Shown one piece after another: positions 8,655 through 18,888 of a stretch of DNA of 64,000 nucleotides; position 1 is the first letter of the stretch; each line of letters begins with the position of its first letter. Below the pieces are notes generated by a model that saw only the letters and a list, made by a program, of their open reading frames with translations, was not told the DNA's origin and did no database searches. The DNA is from Planctomycetota bacterium (GTDB lineage Bacteria > Planctomycetota > UBA8742 > UBA2392): contig JADLFN010000072.1 of assembly GCA_020845475.1 (NCBI GenBank), positions 2,849-66,848 of the forward strand, given 5' to 3'. The translations under genes and the position numbers were made by a program.

Positions 8655-11600
8655 TTACTTGACCGTCAACTTGAGATCCTTGGCCCTGGCCAGCAGTGAA
8701 TCGGCGCAATCCTTGAGGCCCTTCTTGAACGTCTTTGTTTCGACATCGTCATAGCCGAGGCTGGCGAGGCTCTTGTTGCGGATGATGTCGAGCACCACCT
8801 GAACCTCGTCGCTCAGCTTCTTGAGCGAATCTACATCGACGAGATCCTTGATGCCTTCGCCGGCTTTGCCGTATTTCTTGAGCACGTCGATGGTCAAGTC
8901 GCCCCAGGCGCGCAGGCTCCGGCGCCACTCAGGGCGGAACGGGTGATCGTTCAATTGCGCAAAGCTCGTCCACTGGTCAAAGTGAATGCGACGGGCATGC
9001 CAGAGGTACTCCGCTTCGTTGGCCGGCATTTCCTGCATTTTGACTTTGCCGGACTTGGCGTCCTTGGCCTCGGGATCGAGCCAGATGTTGAACTGGTCAA
9101 CGAAGGGCGGGTAATCCACCTTGGGCGCCTTGAGCACATTGAGCTCAAGGTTGATTGCAATCAGAGTGTCAATGGTGTCGAGGTAGTAGAGTTCAATCTG
9201 CTCCTTGAAAGTCATCGTGAACGTTTTGCCCGAGCGCTGGTTCTTGCCCATCTCATTGGCGTTGCGCAGCAGCACAAAGCAATACGCGCGACGAATCAAA
9301 ACCGCCGCCTTCTTGAGGTTCTCAACGTCTTTGTTCTGTTTGTAGAGTTCAAAGTAAGAGCGTCCGAGCTGATACTTCAGCTCCAGCTCTTCACCGCTCT
9401 TGGTGTTGGCGTCCATCATGCCCTTGGCGGAGAGCCCGGCAGTCATGGACTGTTTGTTCACTGGAATGACGTTTTCGTTGACGAAGAAATTGTCCTTGCG
9501 CAGCAGGTCAAGGCAGCGCTGCAGATAGCCGGCCGCACGCTTGTAATCACGCACACGGAAGAAATTCTTGCCGACTACAAATTGAGAACGGGCCTCGGTG
9601 GCCTGCTGGTTTGCCTTTGTTTCCTGGTAGCGCTCGTAGTATGTCAGCACCTTGGTGAGCATCGGGCGCAGGCGCTCATCCAGGCCGGCGCTGGTTTCTT
9701 CCAGGAAGCCGCCAAATTCGTAAACAAACAGCGTGCCCGTGAAATAGCGCAGGTGCGAAGTATTCAGTGACACCTGGAGCGCCAGCGTTCCAAAGGGGCC
9801 TTCACCTTTGGCCTGCAACTTGTCCACGATTTCGGTGTTGCTGCCAGAGGCCACGAGCTTCTGGGCTTCCGTGCGAATAGCGTCGTAGCTCTTGTCCTTG
9901 ACCAGCGCGTCAAACTCGGCCTTCTGGGCCTCGCCCCAGCGCTTGGGGTACGACTCTGCGAACTCTTCCCACTTCTTCTTGAGTATCGGCAGCACCTCGG
10001 GCCCGACAGTCGCCGCCGGGAACTTCTTCGGATCGCCACCGAGCGTGCGTTCACTCATCCAGAACTTCCAGAAATAATCCGCCATGGCCTTGTCTTTGTC
10101 CAGCGTGGTCTTGGCGTCGGAGAATTTCTTGGCCGCGTCTTTGTCCTGAAGGAACATGGACTCGGTCTGGAACATGCCCAGCTTGAGCTGGTTGAACAGC
10201 GAGCGCAGATTGGTCGAAGCGCTGTTCAGCGCCTGAACCTTCGGGTCAAGCGTATCGAGATAAACGAGGTAGATCTGCGCGATGTAGTACGCGACTTTCT
10301 TCTTACCCTCGTCACTGCTGCCAAACGCGGCTTCATAAGCCTTGAGAATTGCCTCGCAGCCATCGCCGTCTTTTTCGTCGGCCAGGCAGCCGAAAGAGAG
10401 GTTCAACACGGCCTTCTGAACATCAACGTCTTCCTTGGGGAAGTGCGGGCCGAAAAGCTCCCAGTGCGATTTGAGAATGCGAAGTGCCGTCGGACGCCCG
10501 GCGTTGAGCACCGAAGTCATGTTCGGGTCGTTCTTGCGCGGGTTGCGCAGAAGATAAGCCAAACCGTAAGCGGCACGGCCCATGATTTGCAATTCTTCAT
10601 TCGGCTGTCGTGAACGCTCGGGTTGCGCGCGCCAGCGCTGGGCCATGCCGTCAGAAATCATCATGAACGCATCCACGAAATCGTGCTTCTTGACATCAAC
10701 AGAGTCTTTGACTTCTTCCCAGTTGCGAAGCACCACGAAAAGCATGTACTTCTTGAAGAAGTAAAGCGCCTTGTGCCAGATGGCGACATCGCCCTTGAGC
10801 GTTGCGTTGGCCATGGCTTCAAAGTGCGGTGTCTCAACGTTCTCCCACAGTTCTCTGGGAAGCGCGGCAAGATCTTCGCCGTGGCGACGTTTCATTTCTT
10901 CGAAGTACTGCCCGGACTCCTGCTCGAAATCTTCGCCCATGCGGCTGGGGTGGCGCGCCGTCTGGTCATCAAGCTGCGCCATGTAGGCGTTAGCCGCGTA
11001 ATAGAGCGCGAGGCGGAACTTCTTGTAAGTTGGAGGCAGTTTGGCAAAGCGCACCGCTGCGGGGCCGTATAACTTGCCGTTGTACTTTTCGCTGGCCTTG
11101 CCAAAGGCCTGATCGAGCTGGGCGTCCAAACCGCTGAAGAGCGCCTTCAGTTCGTCGGCCTCTTCTTTGATCTTGGCGAACTCGGCGTTCTTGGGATCGC
11201 CGAACTTCGAACTCACAAGCCACCCCGCAACTTTGGCGTAGGCTTTGGACATTTCCGCAGGGAAATCGTACACGGCCTTGGTGTCGACCATCAGGTCGCA
11301 AATGGGTGCGCCGCTCTTGTCCTTCATGTGGGCGGGAATCTCGATGCCCTTTTCCGGCGCGGTGTCGAAGTCCTTGCCGTACTTGCCGCGGAAATAGCCG
11401 GTGCGCAGGCAGGCCTCGCGGTAAATCATGGCCGCGTCCATGTAACGCTGCAGCAGGTCTGAGTAAATGAATCCCAGTTGACGGTAGCACTCGGGCGCAT
11501 AAGACTCAAACGCCTGGACGCTGTTGCACTGCGAGAGCAACACTTGATAAGCGCGCAGCACCTTGAAAATCGGCCCATAGCCGACTACGAGCGCATCCTT

Positions 11601-12734
11601 GAGCACGGCGCGACCGCACTGCAGGCGAGTTTCCGCATCCAGGCCTTCGGAGGCGCCGATGTCTGCAAGCACCGAAAGCGCCTGGCGTTTGAAATTGATG
11701 TCGTTCTCCTGCGCAAGCAGGAACAGATCGCTCAAGGCCACGGAGATGTTTCCACCGAGCTTGATCTGAGCGCCAATCTGGTAAAGCTTGAAGCGCTTGA
11801 ATTCGCTGGCGAGATCTTTGATACCACCGTAGCGCGAAGACGCCTTCTGGTACTGATCGACGCACATCTGAAGGTACTTTTTGTCGTAGCCAAGCTCGCT
11901 GGTCATGATCTCCGCGGCCTTTAACCAGCCGCGCAAAGCCTGGAAACCGATGTCGTAGCCCGGCGGGTAATCGCCCAGCTGGCTGGGAACTTCAAGGTAT
12001 TTCGCCACCGCACCTTCAAAGTTGCGCGACGCCCGCGCAACATCGCCGAGTAACAAGAGCGCGTCCACATACTCCACCGAGATCGGTAGCAGGAAAACTG
12101 CTTCGTTCACGGCGTCTTCACAGCGCTTGAAATGGTCGTTGCGATCCTTGCTGCCTTCAGCGAAGGTGAGGCCGTTGACGTAGTGTGCAACGCAGACGTT
12201 GTAAACACAGGTGCGATAGCGTGCGCCCTCCGCGGCAGCGAAAAACGCTTCGTCGCCCATTTGGCTGCGCGTGCTTTCAAGCAACTTCTGCTCGGCCTCA
12301 AGCACCTCCAGCGCCTTTCCAACGAGGCTGCGCGCACCTTCGGCGTCACTGCGGGCGCGGGCCTTTGCAATCTCCAGGCGCAGGACTGCGAGCTCGACCT
12401 TCTCAGCCGATTTTTCGGGGTCTCCGTATAGGCGCTCAGCCTTTTCGTAGCCTTCGTCGCGATCCTTTTCATTGCCGGACTTGAGGAAGTCGTCGTCGGC
12501 CTTGGCCTTGTACACGCGCGCCAGCGCAGACTTGGCCTTGGACTTCTCGGCGTCGCTGCCGCTATCCATTTGTTTGTTGAGAACGCGCTCGGCTTCTTCG
12601 TACATCTTCAGACGCACGCCGAGGTAGTAGCCGTACTCAGAAAGATCGCGAGCACCTGCCGCCGGTGCAAACGAGCATGCAGCCACCACAACGACCAAGC
12701 AGGACGCGACAAAGGAAAAAAGACGATTGGACAT
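8655..12734 (-). CDS. giant secreted TPR-like/alpha-helical repeat protein (~1360 aa)
   Basis: track ORF 8655..12995 trimmed to internal Met MSNRLFSFVASCLVVVVAACSFA (signal peptide); long helical-repeat composition. Confidence 0.6.
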   Translation of the reverse strand: MSNRLFSFVASCLVVVVAACSFAPAAGARDLSEYGYYLGVRLKMYEEAERVLNKQMDSGSDAEKSKAKSALARVYKAKADDDFLKSGNEKDRDEGYEKAERLYGDPEKSAEKVELAVLRLEIAKARARSDAEGARSLVGKALEVLEAEQKLLESTRSQMGDEAFFAAAEGARYRTCVYNVCVAHYVNGLTFAEGSKDRNDHFKRCEDAVNEAVFLLPISVEYVDALLLLGDVARASRNFEGAVAKYLEVPSQLGDYPPGYDIGFQALRGWLKAAEIMTSELGYDKKYLQMCVDQYQKASSRYGGIKDLASEFKRFKLYQIGAQIKLGGNISVALSDLFLLAQENDINFKRQALSVLADIGASEGLDAETRLQCGRAVLKDALVVGYGPIFKVLRAYQVLLSQCNSVQAFESYAPECYRQLGFIYSDLLQRYMDAAMIYREACLRTGYFRGKYGKDFDTAPEKGIEIPAHMKDKSGAPICDLMVDTKAVYDFPAEMSKAYAKVAGWLVSSKFGDPKNAEFAKIKEEADELKALFSGLDAQLDQAFGKASEKYNGKLYGPAAVRFAKLPPTYKKFRLALYYAANAYMAQLDDQTARHPSRMGEDFEQESGQYFEEMKRRHGEDLAALPRELWENVETPHFEAMANATLKGDVAIWHKALYFFKKYMLFVVLRNWEEVKDSVDVKKHDFVDAFMMISDGMAQRWRAQPERSRQPNEELQIMGRAAYGLAYLLRNPRKNDPNMTSVLNAGRPTALRILKSHWELFGPHFPKEDVDVQKAVLNLSFGCLADEKDGDGCEAILKAYEAAFGSSDEGKKKVAYYIAQIYLVYLDTLDPKVQALNSASTNLRSLFNQLKLGMFQTESMFLQDKDAAKKFSDAKTTLDKDKAMADYFWKFWMSERTLGGDPKKFPAATVGPEVLPILKKKWEEFAESYPKRWGEAQKAEFDALVKDKSYDAIRTEAQKLVASGSNTEIVDKLQAKGEGPFGTLALQVSLNTSHLRYFTGTLFVYEFGGFLEETSAGLDERLRPMLTKVLTYYERYQETKANQQATEARSQFVVGKNFFRVRDYKRAAGYLQRCLDLLRKDNFFVNENVIPVNKQSMTAGLSAKGMMDANTKSGEELELKYQLGRSYFELYKQNKDVENLKKAAVLIRRAYCFVLLRNANEMGKNQRSGKTFTMTFKEQIELYYLDTIDTLIAINLELNVLKAPKVDYPPFVDQFNIWLDPEAKDAKSGKVKMQEMPANEAEYLWHARRIHFDQWTSFAQLNDHPFRPEWRRSLRAWGDLTIDVLKKYGKAGEGIKDLVDVDSLKKLSDEVQVVLDIIRNKSLASLGYDDVETKTFKKGLKDCADSLLARAKDLKLTVK

Positions 12735-12879
12735 AGCAACGTCTCCGTGTTGCCTCGGAGTAAACGAGGTAGCTAACCTCGGTAGGGCCCAGTGAGCCGC
12801 GTTAGAGCGACTCGGTATAGCATCACTAACGCCTGAAACAACCCAAGGTTCGAATGAAGGACTCACCGCCCGCAACTGC

Positions 12880-12917
12880 AGCATCAAAACAAAGCCCCCG
12901 CAGACGCTGCGGGGGCT
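12880..12917 (-). terminator. Rho-independent terminator-like hairpin downstream of secretin gene
   Basis: perfect 10-11 bp GC-rich stem AGCCCCCGCAG/CTGCGGGGGCT followed on minus strand by UUGUUUUGAU. Confidence 0.6.
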
Positions 12918-12936
12918 TACCAACTTGCAGAAAAGT

Positions 12937-15639
12937 CTAGCGATCTTTCGGAGCGCTTGCACCGGATCCAAAGTTGTGGTCGATTTCCTCTTCAAGGTCG
13001 ATGATGCGGGCCGTGACGATGATGATCACGTCCTGACGAACCGTGCTCTTACCCTTACGCTTGAACAGTGAACCGATCAAAGGCAGGTCGGAGAGGATCG
13101 GAATGCCGCTTTCCACGTCAGTCTCGCTCATGGTGCGCATGCCGCCAATCACAAAGCTGCCGCCATCGGGCACGGTGACCGTGGTACGAATACGCTGCAA
13201 AGAGAGCTGCGGAGTCTGGATCGCAACCGGCGCGCCCACGCCGAGCGAAGTGGTGAACGTGGGAATCGGGCGCAGGAGGATGGCCAAAGTCGGGCGCAGC
13301 TCAAGCGTGATGTAACGGCGGTCAGCCGAAACCGTCGGACGCACGTCGAGCACGATACCGTCGCGGATGATGCTTACGACGGGGTCGGCCACGGCGATAC
13401 CCGTTGCAGTGCTGGTGTTGAAGTCCGAAATGTAAGCCACCTCGTTGAGCACGCTCACGTGCGCGCGCTGGGTGTTGTGAACTGTAACGCGAGGTGCCGT
13501 CAACAGCGTGGCACGTTCGCGCTTGCGCACGGCGCGGATGATGGCGTTGATCTCGGGGTTATCGACAAACGCGAGCTGGAAAGAAGCTCCGCCCGAGTTG
13601 GTCAAGCCCAAGCCGCCGCGCGTTCCGCCGAGCGCCTTGTCAAACAGGTTCTCAATGCGCGTGCGCTGGTCAATGCGCACGTTGCCCGAGGGCGGCATAT
13701 CCTGGAAGAACACACCGGCGTCGTTGCCCGTGCCACCGGGGCCGGCGGGATTGGCGTTGTTGCCGAACTGGATGTCGTCAAGCGCGGCCGGAACCGGAGG
13801 TGCGCCGGGCGGCGGAATCTGGGGGCTGCCACCGATGCCGCGGAAATCCAGGCCGATGTCCTCGAGGAAGTCGTCGCGAATCGTGATGAAGCGCGACTCC
13901 ACCGTCACGGTCAAGCCCTGCGAACGGCGCAGGTCATTGAGCAGTTGCGCCACCTTCTCAATGTTGTCCGGGTTGTTCAGGACAATCAGATCCTGCTGAC
14001 GCGTGGAAATACCGTGGCCTTCCTTCGACCACGAATCAGAATCAATGGACTGTTCAATCACGTCCTGCAGCTCGTCAATCGTCAGCGGCGTGGCGTCAGG
14101 AACATCTGTATCCGTACCGAAGCGATCGGTGTCCGTTTGATCGGTGCGCAGGCGCGGCTCATCGCCCTTGAACGTGCGCAGGTTGAGCAGCAAGTCCGCC
14201 ACGTTGAACACGCGGCGTGCCACGTTGCGGCCTTCATCCGAGCCCTTGGCGCCGATGATCACCGCGCCGTGCTGCACGCGCCATGAAAGATCGAGTGAGT
14301 CCGTGATCAGATTCAAGGCCTGGCGCAGTTTCACGCGGCCCACGTCCAGAGTAACCGTGCCATCGCCGGGAACGTCCTTGGCGCGCAACACGTTAATCTT
14401 GCCTTCCTGACGCAGGCGCTTGATTACGTCGTCAAGCGGCTGTTCTTCAAACGAAAGGTTCATGTCCACCGTGTCCAGCGCGCTGCGCACCGCGAGGTCT
14501 TCCTTCGAAAGCGGCGTGCGGCGGGAACGCTCGAGGCGATCCTGGCGATCGAGCGTGCGCTGCCAGTCTTCATAATCCGGCAGGGTTACATCGCCCGTGG
14601 GGAAAGAAGCCGCGTTCACCACCTGGGCCATGACCTGCTTCCAGTTGGAGTTGAAGGCTTCCCACGTGTCGCGGTCTTCTCGGCCGCGCTGCAGGTCGCG
14701 CGCGATGCCCTTGAGCTTGATGACATCCTGGTTGTAAGGATCTTCGCGCAGGATCTGGTTGAGCACGATGATCGTTTCGCCGTATTCACGGCGATCGAAA
14801 AATTCCTTGCTCTTGTTGTACAGGTTGCGGATCTGCTCGCGATAGCGGTTGAGCTCTTCCTGCATCTGCAGCTCGCGGATGCGGCGCTCCTGCTCCTGGG
14901 TGCTGACGTAATCCTTGACGCGGGCGTCTTCTCGCTTGCTGCGGGCTTCCTCGAGCATCAGGCGCGCTTCGCGCTCTTTGGCTTCAGTGTCAAGCATGTA
15001 GCCGGTCCAGCGGATGATGTCGAGAACCTTCTCGAGCTCATCCATGGCCTTGGTGTAATCACCGGCGCGAATCAGACGATCGGCGCGATCAAGACCTGCG
15101 TCGATTTCGTAAATCGCTTCGGCGCGCATCGCTTGATCTTCGTTGCTGCGGGCGCGCGAAATGTTCGCCGCCTCGCCGCGGCGCAGGCCAAGCAGGTTGG
15201 CGACATCATCGCGCACCTGGGCTGCGTTCTTGTTGTCTGGGTCCATCTCCAGCGCGTCGCTGGCGAGTTTGTAGGCCTTCTCGTAATTTGCGTTGCGGTA
15301 ATGCGTGTAGGCTTCATCGGCGTAATAATTCGCCAATGCCTTGATTTCGTCGGCGCTGGCCTTGTTGGAGGCGCCTGCGCCCGAACGGTTGCCGCGCTGA
15401 GCAACGGGCTCAGTCTTGCCTGCATCGGCTGCGTCCGGCTTGGCAGCCGATTCGCGATTGGTTTCGCGCGCAGGCTCACTCTTGCCGTTGGCGCGGAAGT
15501 CAGAAACGTAGTCGTCGCGGGTGGGTTTCACTTCAGCGTCAGCGGCCGGCTTCACCGAGGACGCGCAGGCGGCAATGAAACCAAAAGAAATGGCGGCGGC
15601 AACCAACGCAAAGCGCTTCTGAAGCCAAAGCTTCGTCAT
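12937..15639 (-). CDS. secretin (PilQ/GspD family) with long N-terminal TPR/coiled-coil extension
   Basis: C-terminal secretin signature ...TAPRVTVHNTQRAHVSV...VPDGGSFVIGGM...IPILSDLPLIGSLFKRKGKSTVRQDVIIIVTARII; start trimmed to MTKLWLQKRF signal sequence. Confidence 0.8.
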   Translation of the reverse strand: MTKLWLQKRFALVAAAISFGFIAACASSVKPAADAEVKPTRDDYVSDFRANGKSEPARETNRESAAKPDAADAGKTEPVAQRGNRSGAGASNKASADEIKALANYYADEAYTHYRNANYEKAYKLASDALEMDPDNKNAAQVRDDVANLLGLRRGEAANISRARSNEDQAMRAEAIYEIDAGLDRADRLIRAGDYTKAMDELEKVLDIIRWTGYMLDTEAKEREARLMLEEARSKREDARVKDYVSTQEQERRIRELQMQEELNRYREQIRNLYNKSKEFFDRREYGETIIVLNQILREDPYNQDVIKLKGIARDLQRGREDRDTWEAFNSNWKQVMAQVVNAASFPTGDVTLPDYEDWQRTLDRQDRLERSRRTPLSKEDLAVRSALDTVDMNLSFEEQPLDDVIKRLRQEGKINVLRAKDVPGDGTVTLDVGRVKLRQALNLITDSLDLSWRVQHGAVIIGAKGSDEGRNVARRVFNVADLLLNLRTFKGDEPRLRTDQTDTDRFGTDTDVPDATPLTIDELQDVIEQSIDSDSWSKEGHGISTRQQDLIVLNNPDNIEKVAQLLNDLRRSQGLTVTVESRFITIRDDFLEDIGLDFRGIGGSPQIPPPGAPPVPAALDDIQFGNNANPAGPGGTGNDAGVFFQDMPPSGNVRIDQRTRIENLFDKALGGTRGGLGLTNSGGASFQLAFVDNPEINAIIRAVRKRERATLLTAPRVTVHNTQRAHVSVLNEVAYISDFNTSTATGIAVADPVVSIIRDGIVLDVRPTVSADRRYITLELRPTLAILLRPIPTFTTSLGVGAPVAIQTPQLSLQRIRTTVTVPDGGSFVIGGMRTMSETDVESGIPILSDLPLIGSLFKRKGKSTVRQDVIIIVTARIIDLEEEIDHNFGSGASAPKDR

Positions 15640-15822
15640 AATTGCTCCACAGCGTCGGGGTAGATGGGGACGCGGGAAGAGGGGATCTGCTTGTCGGGGG
15701 CGATGTAAGTGTAACGGAGACAAGGGGTGTGTCAACAGCCAAAGTTTCAGGCCCATAAATCGAAGCTGGGGTTGATGCCTGGACGGCACCAACCCCAGAG
15801 TCTCGCGAGACTTCAGAAGGTG

Positions 15823-17760
15823 CTACTTGTCAACGTAGTAAACGCCCCAGATGTCCATTTTGCCTTCGCCCATGTCGAGCGTTCGCTTTTCGATACCTCC
15901 GTAAATCAGGCCGGTCTCCATGCTGATGGCGCGCAGGCCGAGCTTGTCGGCGTCAGCAGGCACGCCACCGTCGTCAAAGAACTGGATCATGTCCTTGCCC
16001 AGTCCGCCAATGGCAGCCTCGGCATAGCCCACGGTGTCTCCCTTTTTCACGTCCTGGTATGCAACGATCCGGTACCACTGGTTGCCGACTTGCGTCCAGC
16101 GCGTGATCTCAAAGCGAGCGCTGGCGCCACCCTTGCCGACGCAGATCACGCGAACGCCGAGCGGATTGGCCATGCCGCTGGGGTCAACGTTGGCCGCAGT
16201 CGCGGGATCTTTGGTATCGCGCGGCAGCACGAACCTCAATGCGCTGCCTTTCTGTCCAAACTCCATATCAGAGCCCGTGAACTGGTTGAAAATCCATCCC
16301 GTGGCGAAATCCAGAACGTCGCCGGAGGCTTCCAGCGCCTTGTACCACTCAGCGTTGGCTTTGCCTTCTGCGTCAACGACGGCGATCTCATAGCCGCGTC
16401 CCTTCAGAGCTGAGGCCTTGCCGCTCGCGCCGACTTCCTCGCCCTGGCCGACGCTGACAATCACTTCGACCGCACGCCACACGCCACCAATGGGATGGAA
16501 CTTGCGCAACTTGATGCGCGCAAGGTCGGATTTGCCCAGCCAGGACATCTGAATGCGGTTGAAGACAACAACGGGGCGGCCTGCCATTACAGCCGCGTCG
16601 CTGGTATGGTAATCGGCCGCGAAAGTATCGTCGCTCTTGATGCCTTCCTTGAGCTTGCTCTTGGTCGTGGCGCGCACTGCGTAAACGTAAGTGTATTCAG
16701 CCTTGAAGCTAACGTCGGCGAACGTGAGTTCCGTCAGGGGCGTATCGTTGAGACGCTCCCACTCACTGGGCCTGGGCGGCGCAACAGGTTTGACGCGGCC
16801 CTTGGGATCCTTTTCAAAGTCGGGTTCCGACTTGCCTCCATTGCCGGGCAGTGCCTGCCATGCTATGAAATCCTTCCTCCATGCGTCTTCCTTCTTGCGA
16901 TGGGCCGGAAGGTCAACCGTGTTGTAGCGTAGCTCACGGTCCTTTATGTCTGCTTTACTCTTGCGCATGACCCAATAACCCAGGTCAGCCGGAGCATCCT
17001 TCAGGCTCGGTGCCGTCCAGCTCACGTTGATCACGAAGGACTTGGCGTCTGCGGCGGCTTTTACGTCGACCGGAGGCGCGAGGTCGGCGTCAGGGTTCAC
17101 TGTCGGACGAGCGCCGTATTCCACTCGATCCAGGAACTTGTCTTTGTTTTTGTCCTTGTCTTCGAAGTCCGTGTTGCCCGTGCCATTCTCATACTCGACG
17201 CGCGAGAGCTTGCCGTCTTCGTTCGTATCATACTTGTCGAAATCGATGTCCTGTGCGCTCGGATTTGTGTCGTACTCCGTCTTCGTCAGATAGCCGTCCT
17301 TGTTGGTGTCCAGCGTACGGAACTTGATTCCGTCAAGCGACTTCTGCGTGTTGGCATACTCGGCTGGGCTCAGGCGGCCGTCTCCGTCTGCATCACTTCC
17401 TTTAAAGTCGGGTGCTCCGACAGGCGCCTCCAGAAACACACGGAACTGAGTAGGCAGGTCAAGAATCTTGTGCTCATCGGCGATCCTGGACGGAATCTTG
17501 CCGCCCTTCACCACGCCAAAAGCCTGATCTGCGCCGTTGAGACCCTCCGCGGAGAACGCAGGTACGGCTGCGGAAGGCTTGGGGTCGTTCAACTTGCTGT
17601 TAACTTGTGACACAGCGTCGTCAATCTTGCGCTTGGGCGCTTCTGTGTCGCCCAGCACGACTGCGAGCAACACGAACACCACCATCAACAGGCCGCCGCC
17701 GATCCAGGCCGCCATCGGGCCGAACTTGATGAGCGCGCTTTCGTTGGGTGCTTCCGCCAT
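15823..17760 (-). CDS. bitopic membrane protein with four EF-hand-type Ca-binding loops
   Basis: N-terminal TM helix; DADGDGRLSPAEY, DTNKDGYLTKTEY, DTNEDGKLSRVEY, DKDKNKDKFLDRVEY loops. Confidence 0.6.
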   Translation of the reverse strand: MAEAPNESALIKFGPMAAWIGGGLLMVVFVLLAVVLGDTEAPKRKIDDAVSQVNSKLNDPKPSAAVPAFSAEGLNGADQAFGVVKGGKIPSRIADEHKILDLPTQFRVFLEAPVGAPDFKGSDADGDGRLSPAEYANTQKSLDGIKFRTLDTNKDGYLTKTEYDTNPSAQDIDFDKYDTNEDGKLSRVEYENGTGNTDFEDKDKNKDKFLDRVEYGARPTVNPDADLAPPVDVKAAADAKSFVINVSWTAPSLKDAPADLGYWVMRKSKADIKDRELRYNTVDLPAHRKKEDAWRKDFIAWQALPGNGGKSEPDFEKDPKGRVKPVAPPRPSEWERLNDTPLTELTFADVSFKAEYTYVYAVRATTKSKLKEGIKSDDTFAADYHTSDAAVMAGRPVVVFNRIQMSWLGKSDLARIKLRKFHPIGGVWRAVEVIVSVGQGEEVGASGKASALKGRGYEIAVVDAEGKANAEWYKALEASGDVLDFATGWIFNQFTGSDMEFGQKGSALRFVLPRDTKDPATAANVDPSGMANPLGVRVICVGKGGASARFEITRWTQVGNQWYRIVAYQDVKKGDTVGYAEAAIGGLGKDMIQFFDDGGVPADADKLGLRAISMETGLIYGGIEKRTLDMGEGKMDIWGVYYVDK

Positions 17761-17815
17761 GACTGATCTCCACTGCCGATGATGTTCGATGCCTGCCGTT
17801 CAAAAATGCGCCGCG

Positions 17816-18877
17816 CTACTCAGCCGCTGTTGCCGCCGGCTTGGCGATCGCCTTCCAGTCCGGGTTGGCGCGAAGGGCAAACAACTTCAGGTCGTAACGC
17901 AACGGATGGCTGAAGACGAGCTTCTTCTCAAGGTCCGCTGCCACCGCCGCGCGCTTGCCGCTGGAACCGTTTTCGTCCATGCGGTTGGGCTCTTCGTCCT
18001 CGAGCCAGTCCTTTGGAATCTCCCACGCGCCGCGCTCAGCGTTGGTTACTTTGTACTGCGCCACATGAACACGCTCGGGCTGAACGCCCATGAGCGAAAC
18101 CAACGCAAAAGGAAGGCCGTCACGCTTGCCGTCACCCGTGCCCACCGTGGCTTCCGTGGGGCTGAGCAACGCGTCCAGCAATGCAAGACTGAAAGCGGGG
18201 TCCGCATCAAAGCTGAATGTGAACTCGTGCTTGAGCCAGGCTTCCTTGGGATCAGACGCGGCTTCCTGATTAAAGGCGCCGAACTCGAACTTGCGGAACA
18301 GGAACGATGAGCCCTTGAACTCGGCGCTGTTGAGCAGTTTCTCGCACGCGATGCAGACCTCGCGAATAACTTTCAGGCGTGCCTGGGCCTTTGGAATCTC
18401 GGCCGCCTGAAGGCGCTCGCGGCTCATTTCACCCTGCAGCGCAATCCAGAAGTTCTCTGACTCATCTTCTTCCTGGAAGCGTCCGCCCGCAGCAGCAAGC
18501 TTCTCCGGAATTCCGGAGACGTTCTTGAGGCGCGCAAACCGGCCTTTGAGCGCGGGGATTTCCTTGGAGGCCACTTCCGTGTTGAAGTCGTCGCTTGATG
18601 TGAACGTTTTCGTGAATTCAAAGAGTTTGGCGCCTGTTCCCTTTACCAGAGCGTCTTCCATTCCTTTGACTTCAGAAACGAACTTCTGCTGTGAGCCTTC
18701 GACGGCTTTGATGTCTCCGGCGGTAGGCACACCGGACTTCAAGGCGCCTTCCACCTGGGCGGCAGACTGATTTAACTTTTCTTCCGCGCCGGTCTTGGAG
18801 AGCACGCCCACGGCCATCATGACGATGCCCAGAAGGCCCAGCACACCCAGCAGAATGAAATGTAGAGAATCTTTCAT
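17816..18877 (-). CDS. bitopic membrane protein with periplasmic coiled coil (PilO-like position)
   Basis: single N-terminal TM (FILLGVLGLLGIVMMAVGVL) then helical region; sits between PilM-PilN fusion and secretin. Confidence 0.5.
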   Translation of the reverse strand: MKDSLHFILLGVLGLLGIVMMAVGVLSKTGAEEKLNQSAAQVEGALKSGVPTAGDIKAVEGSQQKFVSEVKGMEDALVKGTGAKLFEFTKTFTSSDDFNTEVASKEIPALKGRFARLKNVSGIPEKLAAAGGRFQEEDESENFWIALQGEMSRERLQAAEIPKAQARLKVIREVCIACEKLLNSAEFKGSSFLFRKFEFGAFNQEAASDPKEAWLKHEFTFSFDADPAFSLALLDALLSPTEATVGTGDGKRDGLPFALVSLMGVQPERVHVAQYKVTNAERGAWEIPKDWLEDEEPNRMDENGSSGKRAAVAADLEKKLVFSHPLRYDLKLFALRANPDWKAIAKPAATAAE

Positions 18878-18888
18878 GGTCGGGCCTC

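Noticed and set aside
12735-12995. Upstream 87 codons of the giant TPR ORF (MKRKSTTTLDPV...)
   Set aside because: Would overlap the secretin gene and the hairpin terminator; an internal Met followed by a clean signal peptide (MSNRLFSFVASCLVVVVAAC) is a much better start.
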